A stretch of DNA of 57,541 nucleotides, filler included, from Catajapyx aquilonaris (taxonomy: Eukaryota): NCBI GenBank assembly GCA_000934665.2. It is 4 parts of 4 records of this genome, joined end to end, with 100 filler letters (N's around TTAATTAATTAA, not from the genome) between each part and the next. Parts side by side here need not be neighbours in the genome. Positions count along the whole stretch, not along the records: positions 1 to 14,312 come from JYFJ02007822.1; positions 14,413 to 28,728 come from JYFJ02007823.1; 2 more parts are not named here. One strand, written 5' to 3'. Below, one piece after another: positions 11,501 to 24,300 of the stretch (within the stretch, counting starts at the first letter, position 1; each line of letters opens with the position of its first letter). Below the pieces are notes generated by a model. The model was given only the letters and a program-made list of their open reading frames with translations, was not told the origin of the DNA and ran no database searches. The position numbers and the translations under genes were made by a program.

Positions 11501-12654
11501 ACATTCGTTTCAGGAAAATCAGACTTACTGATACTATTGCACCATTCCCTCGTGAGTGACAAGCACCATATCACTGCTCAAATCAAGGTGGTACCACTTC
11601 TTTTCAAACAGGCCTTGGAAAACTAATTGCAGCATATTGACATGTCCTTGAATTGAAATGCTCCTGGGTTCCACATTTGAGGCCTTTTGGCGGCATTTTG
11701 GGTGACTATAAGTAGACTGACGTCAGTCTGAATACATGCAGGGGACCAGAAAGCTCCTTGCCTTCACTTTGAATCCTGAATGTGATATTCATTAGGTAGA
11801 TGAAGGGCAGAAATATTAATCGTGTAGGGTTTTGAAGGCCACTTTGTTCACACTGGTCCATGCTTTCAGTATGTAGAATCAGAGTACACAGCCGGACTTC
11901 GTAGCAGTCCCTTGGATTTCCGGTGGGAGTGGCACGAGTGCAGATCGCCTCTCGCTTCGCCCACGTCGCTATTATTATGTTCATCCATGTACTATATCGC
12001 CCAAGAAGATAGAGACGATTTTGCATTTGACTCAAGTGCTACTTGCACTTGAATCAAATGCCAATCGTCTCTATCTTTTTGAGCGATATAGTACCCGTTC
12101 ATTTTTCAGCAGTAAGTGACATATGCAATTGACTATTTCATTATATGTACATTAGCTTGGGAACTCTGTGGCACTATTTTTCCACCCCATCATGAGGACA
12201 CTTCTTTTCTGCTTTTTATGTGATGACATGTTTTAGCTTTTCCAAGATTGAAATTCATAAGGCTGTGCTGTAAACCTAAAGAGTTTTTGTTTCCCTTCCA
12301 GTTCAAGCAAGTGCAAGCACCTCCGAATCATCAACGCAGAAGAGCCTTCCATCCCTGGAAGAATTCATGGAAAAGGGAAAGCCATTATCAGAATCCGTTC
12401 TGTCCATCATTTTGTCACAGCCTGCCCCTCCCCAGATGCTGGGTCACTGCATGAAAGATTCTTCCATCCCAACCATCTTTGACCATTTGGTGGGTAAGAT
12501 AGGAATGAACGAGTTTGCAGAATTCTTCAAGAGGTTTTTTCAGAAGGAGGGGATGAAAGAAATGATTTTCAAGTTATATTTTGAGGCATATGGTAAGGTG
12601 GCCGTAATGGAAGAGCTTGTCAAACATATGAAAACCTTGGGTGATCATGCCTGA
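8527..12654 (+). CDS. Spliced orphan gene, ~349 aa: acidic Ser/Glu/Asp-rich duplicated N-terminal region plus a helical C-terminal domain of unknown family
   Basis: Phase-compatible exons 8527-8532 (ATG GGG|gtaagt, tentative start), 8756-8851, 8955-9230, 9334-9652, 12302-12654 (stop TGA). Acceptors have pyrimidine tracts plus AG; donors are GT or GC (AAG|gcaagt). The joined frame is open (MGLSQELPDNPQ...KPRVSMNSSADAEV...VQASASTSESSTQKSLPSLEEFMEKGKPLSESVL...LGDHA). AATAAA at 12744-12749. Confidence 0.65.
8813..9574 (+). repeat. Near-perfect 379-bp tandem duplication (2 copies)
   Basis: 8813-9191 is repeated at 9192-9570; I saw one mismatch; AGTG microhomology at the junctions. Confidence 0.95.
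10095..10611 (+). mobile_element. Tigger/pogo-type MITE resembling mammalian MER2/Tigger3, with a small MITE nested at ~10314-10479
   Basis: TA flanks, TIR CA(A/G)TGGGC(T/C)CTC..TATCTG. Internal GATACCAAAATCTGTGGATGCCCAAGTCCC...ACATCCTCCTGTATAC..TTTAAATCA..ATTACTTATGATACCTAATACAATG matches MER2 as recalled. Confidence 0.7.
10707..10948. mobile_element. MITE
   Basis: TIR CCGGCAATAACAGGGGCACAAGTCCAAAAA at both ends. Confidence 0.65.
11989..12094. repeat. Near-perfect hairpin (~50-bp arms), intronic
   Basis: GTACTATATCGCCCAAGAAGATAGAGACGATT...AATCGTCTCTATCTTTTTGAGCGATATAGTAC. Confidence 0.8.
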
Positions 12655-13217
12655 AATCGTACTTGCAAGAGACCACTAAAAATTGTAGTGGGGGGGGGGG
12701 GGGGNGGGGGGGGGGGGGGAGGAAGAATTGATGTCCAGGAGTGAATAAAGAAAGGTGTTGTAACTGTGGTCATTTTAATGTTATTTAAGTAACAACATCG
12801 AAATGGACAGCACTCATTTATGACAAAATATGTACATCACCTGCTGTTATTGGAGTAGGAGGGGAATGTTGCCTACATAATTTGCTGCACCAGTCGTCAT
12901 CATCATCATCATCATCATCTTCTCCTTCACGGCGTTTCCCAAACAGATATTGGGTTGCAAGCGGATATTGAAGAGGAGGTCCTCAATATCCTCGTATGCC
13001 CGAATACATATACAAAAAAAAAAAACACCAGTCCATGTGCAATAAATAGTGCTTTCAATGTCCACTGATAGGGAATGGTATAAGGGATGATCATAAAAGA
13101 TGCACTGCACACACTAAAGATGGGTTGCACAACAGTACTACTAAACAAGTTGTTCGTCAATGTTATTCAGTATCGGTAACAAGAGTAAAAAAACAATGAA
13201 AGACATGCTTTGGATAT

Positions 13218-13637
13218 TTTTATTTATTTATTTATTTATTTTACCCCGTGATAGGCCTACATGGGGGGTGGTACACCACCATCAAATTTTCTCGTACTAT
13301 TTTCTTTCCTCCGGTGCATGGGGACAGGATAGGGATAATGAGGGGNTCTCAAGTTGTGGGTCGTGTGCAGTCCCCCAGGGGGCCAAGCTGCAATAAGACA
13401 CCCCCTAGGTGCGGATCAGAAACTCCCCACCGACACCGCACCTACTCATGGACAGGACAAGGATAGGAGAGGAAGGAAGCGGCTGTGGCCTATTTTACGG
13501 TACGATCCCGGAATTTTTCCTGGAGCGACCTTGGAAAACCACAGAAAACCAAGGTCAGGACCTTCGGCCTCCGGGACTCGAACCCAGGACCTCCCGATTA
13601 TCGGATACCATATCCACTCCACCACTACTGCTTCGGT
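13218..13637 (-). mobile_element. tRNA-derived SINE (family A)
   Basis: Same ACCGAAGCAGTAGTGG head, B box GGTTCGAGTCCC, (TAAA)n tail, imperfect TSD TGCTTT(G/A)GATAT. Confidence 0.88.
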
Positions 13638-14123
13638 GCTTTAGATATACAGTAAAACTTCTACAAGTTGAACTTCCCTAAGTCGAAGTTCTCTATAAGT
13701 CGAAGAAAATTATGAGCTTGGTTGGTCACAATGTGAAAGAAGAGGAATTAAACTTCCCTAACTCGAAGTTCTCCATAACTCGACCTGCAGGCAGGGCCTT
13801 ACGATGAGATATCAATGCATTTTCAGTCTCCCTAAGTCGAAGTTATTCATGTTGGCGAGTACGGAAAATTTTCTAATTTCCCAGCCGAAGGGTCGAGAGT
13901 AGGCCAACAGAAAGGCTCAATTTCCTGATCTCCGTCTACCAGGCGTACCAAGAGAAGTGTTTGACTCGATTGTGAAAATTGAATCCTGGAACCCAAGAGT
14001 AGGCAAATGTCCATAAAGGACTTTTTTTTTTTACACCAAACCAACGAGGAACATTGTAAGTGTGATAGTGACCTAGTTATGTTTAAGTTTTGAACATCTT
14101 TCGTCGCTGGATTGAAGGTAGAG

Positions 14124-14312
14124 CAGGGCTATTCAATTGGCGGACCGCGGTCCGGATCCAGACCGCGACAATATACAGGGCAGTTTGAAATAGCATAAGA
14201 TATTACTAATTCATGATTTTTTTACGAAAGAGTGCTACCAATTTCATCAAATCCACACCCATTCAAATCTCTCACATTCACCTAAGCTCGTGTGACCTTG
14301 AACCCCCCCCCC
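14124..14312 (+). mobile_element. hAT-like MITE end (truncated by contig end); second copy at ~39607-39810
   Basis: CAGGGCTATTCAATTGGCGGACCGCGGTCCGGATC... is shared with 39607-39810 over ~190 bp. Confidence 0.65.
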
Positions 14313-14412
14313 NNNNNNNNNNNNNNNNNNNNNNNNNNNNNNNNNNNNNNNNNNNNTTAATTAATTAANNNNNNNNNNNNNNNNNNNNNNNNNNNNNNNN
14401 NNNNNNNNNNNN
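14313..14412. other. Artificial contig-joining linker (44 N + TTAATTAATTAA + 44 N)
   Basis: Exact 100-bp spacer with a stop-in-all-frames core; identical at three places. Confidence 0.97.
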
Positions 14413-14871
14413 ATAATTACAGTGAGGAAATTTGCATAATTTTCAGAATGTAGCAAATATTTTTATTTCAAAATCTTGCCTTTCAAATGTGCTCACTAAT
14501 TTTCGATGGACTTTCTGCATTATAGATCTATAATAATAAGGAGGGCACGGTGGTCTAGTGGCTATGCTACATAGCTACTGCCCTACTGGCCATCCAAGCT
14601 GGTATAGGTATGGGGTTCACATTGCTTTCTTATTGTCACCTTCACTTGGTCGGGTCTTTTTCCGATTTTCACCTGACATGTCCAGGCAGATTTGCACTCC
14701 CTTCTCTGTCCAGGGCCAGAAATGACTGTCTGAAATGGCTCAAAAATTAGTTACATCTCTCTTCCTTGGGAACCCCCCCCCNCCCCCCCTCTCTCTCTCT
14801 CTCTCTCTCCCCCTCCCATGGACCAGACAGGGCATTGCAACAAGTGAAGCATGTATAAATAAATACAGGTA

Positions 14872-15260
14872 CAGTCCCGCTCATAAAGAATGGTATGACT
14901 CTATGTACGAAAGGTTTATCCTGATTATCGAGCATTATTCACAACCTTAATTCGACAAAACCCTATGGACAACCTTTTCTGGACCTCTGGTGACTCGTAT
15001 GACCCATCCCGATTTTTAAATAAAAATTTTAATGACCAAAATATTCAACCCGGTGCAATGTTTACTTAGATTTGATGTGAATTTCCCCCCTAAAATTTTC
15101 CTACTTAGCTTTGTTTTTCTCCTCTCTTTTTTATTTTATTTTGATTCCCTTTTCCCGGACTTCCTCGTGACCCCTAAAAACATGCTGGCGACCCAGGGAT
15201 TGGGAACAGAATAAATATTTCATCCATATAGAGTCGTACCATTCTTTATGAACGGTACTG
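14872..15260. mobile_element. Tc1/pogo-type MITE (CAGTACCGCTCATAAAGAATGGTA family)
   Basis: TA TSD, ~35-bp TIRs; an inverted homologous copy lies at 23744-24122. Confidence 0.8.
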
Positions 15261-15377
15261 TACATGCAATACCAGTAGGCTACCTCAAAAGAGGTTTGCT
15301 CTACCCTAATTGTTGTTTGTTTCCAGTATAATTAACCTTTTCCATATTAATTAGATGCGCTTTCCTGTTTTGTGTAG

Positions 15378-18300
15378 ATGGCGCAAGAGCCTTGGCCTAA
15401 AGGGTCAGTGGGCCCTAGTGCTTCTCAGAGGCGGGTTTATCTCCTCCAATGTGGTGTTGCATCCTGAGCAGTACAGTATGTTACCTTATGAACAATTGCC
15501 ACTGAGATTTTAATTTACCTCCCTCACTTTCTACAGAGAGAATGCGTGAGGTGCATATGATACAAGCTTTCACAGAGAACCTGCCGAAATACTTATACCT
15601 GGACCATGGCCACAACCTGACATTCCAGATCCAGTTTGTCCTGCAGCCAGTTGCAGCATTCAGTGAGTGTATTTTTTCAAACCTTATTTCCTCCAGAGGT
15701 ACAGTACCGCTCATAAAGAATGATACTACTCTACATGGAAATTTTCATCCTGGCTGTGGAGGGCTTCCCCCAACACACGCCATGGATGGTTGGTGGGTGC
15801 AGACAACCCTGGCCTCCTCAAGACCAGCCCAGCCTAATGCCTTGCTGGATAGGTGAAAGCGAGGTCACGTGTATGTCAGGACATAGTCTTGAAGTGGCAA
15901 GATTTGTGCTAAATGCTTGTTGCAGTTATGTCAGCACCGAACAAATGTATAATATATGGAGCATCACAAAACCACACCTCTGCCGTCCTTCCAGCTTAAG
16001 CTGCTCGAAGCAGTAACTCCGGAATGGTGTGACAACACCATCACCATCTGTACAGGCTGACCATTTGGCATTTATGCGACCGATACTGTGAAACCAACAT
16101 GTATCAGCTCCAATGGCGCATTATTTTCCTTGAAGAATAAGTAGCAGGTTTTGTCTGGCGCCACTTAATGCCGAGGATTATTATTATCAGTTCAAAGAGC
16201 GAATCTCGTGGCCGGAATTGAGACAGGTGAAAATATCTCACTAATCTAGTAAAGGTGTTATTTAAGCAGGAAGGGTATACTGCTATTGATGACCACAGGC
16301 ATCACGATCATTGTCGCAAGCGATGTCATAACGATTACCGGTGCAATATTTGCATCAGCACATGAGGATATTATGTAGTGACAGGGGTAATACTTGAAGG
16401 TGAGTGGCTTATTTGGCCAACTTAGCCTATAATTCATGGCCTAAACATCGCGTAATTGGCTTAGCAATTATTTTTGGAAGAGCACACATTGCGATGAAAT
16501 GATGACCAAAGGAAAATTTCGAAAGTCCAGCAAGCGATACGAAAATAGGAAAACACATAATTGCATTGTAGGGGTGATCCGTATGTTCAATGTTATATAT
16601 GTTCATGCATATACGGTTGGGGCTATTATTTAATTCAGATATTGGCAAGTAGCAGCAAATTGGACGTTTTCAGGATTGAAACAGACTACGGTCAAGAAAA
16701 ATGCAGGAAAAATGATCGAGTAGCATGCCGCAATAAATGACGATGTCACCCTAAGTGTTATTCCATTGACAAATGCTAGCATTACCCCCAGTAGAAAAGT
16801 GAAGCAGCATTTTCACCAATATAATCATCTGCAAAGTAATCAGGATCACGAAGCAGATAACAAGCAGATTTGTATTATTCGTGGTAAGTTGAAGGCAATA
16901 GTAAAGGCGGCACCAAGTTTAGATGCTCTGTATCACGCATTCCGCACCCAATATGATAGAGGGCGCCCATTTGTTTTACATGTTGTTACTTGTGTCATTT
17001 TACTTGGGAGGGATTATAAAACCATGAGCAATACAAAGCTGCTTGACCGGATTCTGTCTCAGTCCTGAAAAAGTATGATTTGCTGCTACTTGTCAATATT
17101 TGAATCAAATAATACCAGCAACCATATACACATGTTAATCAGTGCTTCCCAAACTGTGTGTCACGACCCCATCTTGGGTTGCGAAGGAGGGCAAAAATTT
17201 ATCTACACAATGATTCTATCTCTTGAATATTAGGCCCATAAGGTAAGTTACAAAACAATTCTGATACTCGACAATAATTAGTTATCAATGATTTTCATTT
17301 CACTCTTTACCTGTCTTTTCATGTTGGGGGATCTAAATGGGCACATCTGGGAGGTCGCGAATTTCACGAGACGATTTTGTGTGGTCGCCAACGAAAAAAA
17401 TGGAAGAGAAGCACTGATGTTAAGTAACATTTAACATACATATTACCCCTACAATGCAATTATGTGTTTTTCTATTTTCGTACCGCTTTCCGGTCTTTCG
17501 AAATTTTCCTTCGGTCATCCTTTCATCGCAGTTCATACTCTCCCAAAAACTGCTAACTCGCATTACGTGATGTTTCATGTGAATAGGCTAAGTTGGCGAA
17601 ATTAAACCACTCACCTTGTATTTCACGCCTGATGTGGTAGTGCATTCTAGCGCCGTGTGTCACACATGTCACACTATAATAACCGTTTGCCGATGCAAAT
17701 ATTGCACCGGTCGTCGTGACTATCATAAAGATATGCGACAATGATTGCGACGTCAGTGATCATCAATAGCAGTACCCCTCTTGCTTAAATGACACCTTTA
17801 CAAATGAGACGTTTTCACCTGTCCGCTGTTTGATCTACGAGCACGCATTCTGGCCACGAGATTCGCTCTTTGGGCTAATAATGTGTGGCATTAAGTGGCA
17901 GTGGACAAAATGTTGTTAATTATTCTTCAATGAAATGTGACAGTGGAGCTAATACATGTTGGTTGCACAGTATCGGTCCCATTCGTGGTCCCATTAATGC
18001 CAAATGATCAGCCTTCAGAGATGGTGATGGTGTTGTGACACTTTCCTGCCACTTGGAATGAAGCCACAGGTGTGATTTTGTGATGATCAATAATTATACT
18101 TTTGTTCGGCGAGGATGTAACTGCACGATCTTGTCAATTCAAGGCACAGCACTTCAAGGCTACATGCCCCGACCTCGCTAAGACCCTCTCAAGCGGGCAT
18201 TAGTCGGGTCTGGTCTTGAGGAGGCACGGGTTGTCCTCACCCACTGGACCACCCCCTGCATGTGTTGGGGGAAACCCTGGACCTTCAGGATGAAAATTCC

Positions 18301-21300
18301 CATGTAGAGTTGTACCATTCTTTATGAGCCGTACTGTAGCATACTTTGCATTATCCCATATTCAGAGATTCAGAAGTTGCTTGTTATGTCTAGTAATTAT
18401 TTCCATATTAGCAAAGCAGAAATGTGAAGTGAATGTTTTAATCAAGATTTTCCTCATGTGACACTAGAGAGTCAGGGAAGGCTGAGTCATGTTATAAAGT
18501 GAGCTGGTCCATCCTCTTTATCTGCCACCTAACTGCCTGCAGTCCAGTCACTCTGGGTTGCCAGATGATTGGAGAGAAGTCTGAAACTAAACCAAATAAA
18601 TGTAACCTTGATTATAAAAACACATGTGTAGTTGTTAGGACATTCCTCATTTTTAGTTATTTTTAAAATATGAGATGACTGATCAATGCAGTGAATCATC
18701 TCATATAAAAGAAATAGCTAAAAATGAGGAATGTCCTAACAGCTATACATCATGATGTTGATTGAAACACCTGCCCCAAAACAACGCAATAGCCTACTGT
18801 TTGAAAATGTGATGTCTGATTCACCAGCCCAACATTATATTCTTCATTGTATGATGTGGCAGAAGATGCTGAATTTTTTGTTTTATAATGTTCACTGAAC
18901 CTGAAGTTAATGAAATTCATGCTGGTGAGGGTGTAATGGAAGGATGTTATGTCTCACTGGGCCTTATTATCACTACCATATCACTGAATAAATCAATTTG
19001 GTGAATAACTCTTATCAAGCCATGGTATCTACCATGGCCTTGACAAGTGGCAATTACGATGAAATTTTGCAAATTCCAGTTTCATCTTGTACCTACAAGA
19101 GTGGAAAAAATTGCCAATTGGCAAAGTACCAATATAGGTTACTGTCTCTCTGTGTATGTGTATGGCATGGAGGTTTTTTTTTAAAAAAAAGTCAAAGTGA
19201 GGGAGAGGTTGTCAAATCTCACATAATGAACTTCAACCATTGTTCCATTTGTACCTATTTTTTCATACCTTTCCTGGAGTCCTGGACTGCAATGCTGGAA
19301 TTGGCTTGGGTGGGTGAAGGGCAAGCCTCCCTGGCCATCTTTGTTCATGCTCCAAGCATTTCACCACACCTTCTCCTTCCCAACTACCCAATTTTCTCTT
19401 CATACATTTTTAGTGGAAGTACCTAGGGAATAATGCTTTGTTCATGGTTCTCATTTCAGACCCGGTCCAGTGGCTTGGTTTCCAGATGGAAAATTTGCTA
19501 TTTGTAGACCTTCCAGACACCAACCTGATCATTGTGAACATTGACCGTCATTCTGAGCCTGTCAACCACACACTTTCCTTTTCTGTCACCATCCAGGAGA
19601 CTGGTATGTCCTTGCCAGTGGAGTGACAATTTGCAATCTTTGTTTCATTAGAGATTAGACATTCACAGAGGCTATTGAAATAACATTACAGATTTCTTTC
19701 ATTTAGTAAAAAATATTTTTAAAGAAACTGCCCATAATAAGTCAAATTCCAAGAAACGAACGTCATTTCTGTTTTAATGTTGAAAATGGTGGTCCTGGAT
19801 CCACAAAAACGCTCAATAAAATATAGTCAAAGAAGACTAGCAGCACAACTTTAAAAGATCAAATACCAAATAGCTAAGTATTGTGCATTGGTGATAAGGA
19901 TGCAAAGGACCCATCACATGATATGCATTTTTCCAACAGAGTGACATGAACTTTAATTATATAGTTTGTTTAATTAATTCAGGTGTGATGATGGATATTG
20001 TCAATTTTCCAGTTTATGAACTTGATATTTATCATTAATTAGCATTTGGCATATTGTTTTGATTAATCCTTATCTAGTGTCTCAAGCTGGTGTGAATCTG
20101 CACCCTGTAAATCCAAATGAGTTACCTGCTGTTATGTGCCCTACATATGTTAGATTTCTTTTCTGGCCATTATTGAATGCCATTGGGTCAGATATACCAA
20201 TAAGGTAGTTGCAAAGTGTAGTTACAATCGATGAGTTTTTATTGTTATTTACTGATGTCTGGTATATATGTCTGTATATATACAGGGGTTGGACAAAATA
20301 ATAGGAGCACATGTGAAAAGTGGATGAAATTTTGCGAGTTTTATTCGAATCAGAAAAGTTACAAAGATGACTTTTACTGAGTTTTGAAACTTTGTTGATG
20401 TACTGCACATTTATCGAGGTATGCAGATGGCACAAAAAGCATGAGGTGGGTAGGGGGACACAAAAGACAAATGACACCCCACCACCACCAAGTAGTTGAC
20501 CAAGTTTCGACAAGTAGCCCCAATAATCACGTGAGGGGGAAGGGAAAACAAGAGGAATGACACTCCCCCTTCCCCAGCCCTGCTTTAAGGAATAGTGTGT
20601 GTGCACAGTGGGTTGGACAAAATAATGAGAACCACTGTGACTACTGTACACTACAATTTCTTCATTGATATGGTGTTGAATCATCATTTTGCTTCAATAC
20701 CGCCCCATTCCTTCTTCGAATGGACGTGCTGTTTCTCTTATTTGTTTTCCCACTTCCTAGTGATTTTTGTGCCATCTGCACACCTCAACAAATGTACTTG
20801 TACATTTAAAGAAAAAAGTAATCCGTGGTAGTGCTTGGCCTCATCTGAGGTATGCAGCACGGACCTTTATTTATTACATGTCAAGTACATTTGGAGCCTT
20901 TATAAGTAACGCCTGGGCCCATGGGCAGGATGACAGGAGGGGATGTGCAAGGTGCAGTGCAATGTCTTATATGTAGCCATTTTTAGTGAACTCCCCCGGG
21001 TAGTTTAGTCTGTAGAAATACCACCCGAGATGAAGCCAGAGGTGACCCTGAACTCTGCACGAGATGAAGGGGGTGTCCCCTGGTTGGGATCGAACCCGGG
21101 ACCTTAACATCCGTGGGCGCATACGTTACCGCAGCACCACTCCGCCTCCCTATGTACTTGTACATCGACAGATTCAAAACTCACAAGGGAATGATCCGCA
21201 CCAACATGTCACCGATCGGACCCAAAATTACAGGGCTGGTCAATTGTAGGCCAGGTATGAATATGTGAAAGTGACAACCGTCACTACTCAAGCATTGTCG

Positions 21301-24300
21301 AGTAATTAGCAATTACAAGTGGCCCCGTAACCAAGGCGACGGGGATAATTGGCGAATTGGAACGTAATAAACAAGTCTAGGTCGAGTGGCCCTCCTGGCC
21401 CAGTTGGTAACGCTGCTGTTTACAGATAAAAGCACGGTCTTAGAAGATCAAAGGGTCGTAGGTTCGTAGGTTCGAGCCTCGTCGGAGACCAGTTTCCATT
21501 TTCGATTTTTTTTTTCTTCTCCCTCCCCCTTTTCTTTCGTCTTTTTCTTCGCGTCTTTCTCTTTTACTCCATTTCTTATGTCTACCAGGTATAATTTCTT
21601 GACTCTGGCAAACAACCGACAGAAAACTTGTTAGATTTTTCTTTTCCGTATTGTGCTTCACAGACTTTTATTTTGAATCACATCTCTACACCTGCCACGA
21701 ATCTCCAAATTACAAGTGGAAATAGAGGTGAGTTCTGCCTGTTACATAACAATATGTGTGGAGAGCATGAGCCATACTGCAAAACCATATACATATTGCA
21801 TTAACTCAAAAACGTGGTGGACCAGATGAAAATGATGGATGTAGGTATTGTGTAACTTCCACCGGCTCCCCGTGACACTGTTGTTTTGGGCATCCCGCGA
21901 ATAAACCGCACTATAGGATAATTCGAAGTTGAGGAAATGCTAATACACAGCAAGACTATTTACCTTGTCATTGCCTCATTTACAGCTGCTGATGCGCATC
22001 CATTATAATTTTATCCATTTGCTGTTCAGAAACCCTGAGAAGAGGTTGAAATTGACTTCTGTCCCTTTATTCGTGCTTATTATTATCATCTCACTTCAAT
22101 CAGGCAGGAACAGTGAGCTATAACTCGTCTGCTACGACCGGCTACCATGTGACCTGTGAGGGAAAGACTTGTACGCCGAACCATTCATTGACTGCTTGGT
22201 TGGGACTTACAAATTAATACGTCTTCCCATAACAAAGTAGGCTACTATAGGGAGCGGGACAGGCACCTGCTTACCCGCGGCAGTAACTGACGTAACATTT
22301 CGACCCGAGTGCCAAAAAGTGTTACAGAATGGCCTATGCTGGTATAGATATGTAGAGTTAGAAGGAAAAGAAAAATCTAACAAGTTTTCTGTTGGTTGTT
22401 TGCCAGAGTCAAGAAATTATACCTGGTAGACATAAGAAATGGAGTAAAAGAGAAAGACGCGAAGAAAAAGACGAAAGAAAAGGGGCAGGGAGAAGAAAAA
22501 AAATAAAATAATGGAAACTGGTCTCCGACGAGGCTCGAACCTACGAACCTGCGACCCTTTCATCTTCTAAGACCGTGCTTTTATCTGTAAACAGCAGCGT
22601 TACCAACTGGGCCAGGAGGGCCACTCGACCTAGACTTGTTTATTACGTTCCAATTCGCCAATTATCCCCGTCGCCTTGGTTACGGGGCCACTTGTAATTG
22701 CTAATTACTCGACAATGCTTGAGTAGTGACGGTTGTCACTTTCACATATTCATACCTGGCCTACAATTGACCAGCCCTGTAATTTTGGGTCCGATCCGTG
22801 ACATGTTGGTGCGGATCATTCCCTTGTCAGTATTGGACACATTTGTAACCTTTCTAGTTTTCGAATAAAACGGACATGACGCTTCAACTGCTTTTCGCAG
22901 GTGTCCTATAATTTTGTCCAACCCCTGTTTACCTTTGTCTTGCCACAGTGTGTAGCGACTGTAGCCTAAATACAGACTAGCACTTCTCATGATGCAATGT
23001 ACCGGTACTGCTATTTGTAATGTACACCTTGCGCACTCAGAATATTATTGAGAGTCACGTGTTTTTCAATGATGGCTAATCCATTGAGTGTGTTAAATGC
23101 AGCATCTCAATTAATTTTCTTAGTATTTTTTGGCAAACAACCATTTCTCCTCCGCTTTAACCCCCATCTGCCATATTTTTGTCAAATGCCCATGCATGTT
23201 TGGTTTGTTGCAGACTGCAGCATTCTTATTGGTTTTAGTTAACGTCCACAAATTCTAACTTCTGCACTTCTTATGCAGCTTCTTTTGGAATTCCAGGCAC
23301 AGAATCAAAATTAGACTGGCCAGGTCAGAATCTGACAATAATCCCCATCCGCTTTCACTTGGGGCACTCTGCAACGACATGCCCAAAACATACCTCACTC
23401 GTACAAGATTCTACATTGGAAAAGGTAGCTATTCCACTTCAGACTGAGGTGCATGTAGGATGTCCACCCCTACAGACCCTTCTCTTTGACTGGAACTCAA
23501 CTAGGAATGCATACAAATTTCGAAGGTTTGTTAGTGAAGGTATATCTACGAGTAGATGATAATATATTATAACTAGCAGTGGAGCCCGTTCTTCGCACGG
23601 CCTGTTTCTATGGTAATCATCAACAAAATTCTGTTGCCATAGGCAAACAAATTTTTTTTTTTTTTGCCTTACATATGTAGATTATCAGAATATGTTATTT
23701 ATTAATTCATTTATAGCAGCAAACCCGTGTGTAGCGTCTGGTACAGTACCGCTCATAAAGAATGGTAGGACTATATGGACAAAATGCTTATTCTGTTCCC
23801 AACCCCTGGGTCACCAGCATGTTTTTAGCGGTCATGAGGAAGGCTGGGAAAAGGCAATTAAAATCAAGAAAAAAAGAGAGGAAAAAAACAAGGCAAAGTA
23901 TGAAAATTTAAGGGGGGAAATTCATCTCAAATCTATGTAAGCATTGTACCAGGTTGAACATTTTGGTAATAATAAATTTCAGAAAAAGTCGGGAGGGGGT
24001 CATATGGGTCACCAGAGATCTAGGACAAGTTGTCCATAGTGTCGCGACGAAATCTGGTAGGGAATAATGCTGGATAGTCAGAATAAACATATCGTCCATA
24101 TAGAGTCGTACCATTCTTTATGGTACATAATATGTTGAACTTGGTGTCAGTCAACATACACAGAAGTGATCGAAAGCAGAGCTCGTCTCTTGTGCTGTCA
24201 CAAGAAATGCTTCACAACTGACCAGGGTCTAAGTTATTCACTGATGTACCCCCGATTATCCTGGTGCGGATTATCCATGCACGGATTATCCATGCATCGC

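Larger units (their letters stand above)
20283..22927. mobile_element. Composite Tc1-like foldback element with ~465-bp near-identical inner arms (21183-21647 / 22364-22827)
   Basis: Terminal CAGGGGTTGGACAAAAT inverted repeats; the inner arms are reverse complements and each contains a tRNA-like unit. Confidence 0.7.

Noticed and set aside
14357..14368. TTAATTAATTAA as a piggyBac target or biological motif
   Set aside because: Identical N-flanked copy at all three joins; synthetic spacer.
14826..15293. Possible further upstream CATSPERG exon interrupted by the 14872-15260 MITE
   Set aside because: A phase-compatible donor exists near 15293, but I found no convincing acceptor or motif similarity.
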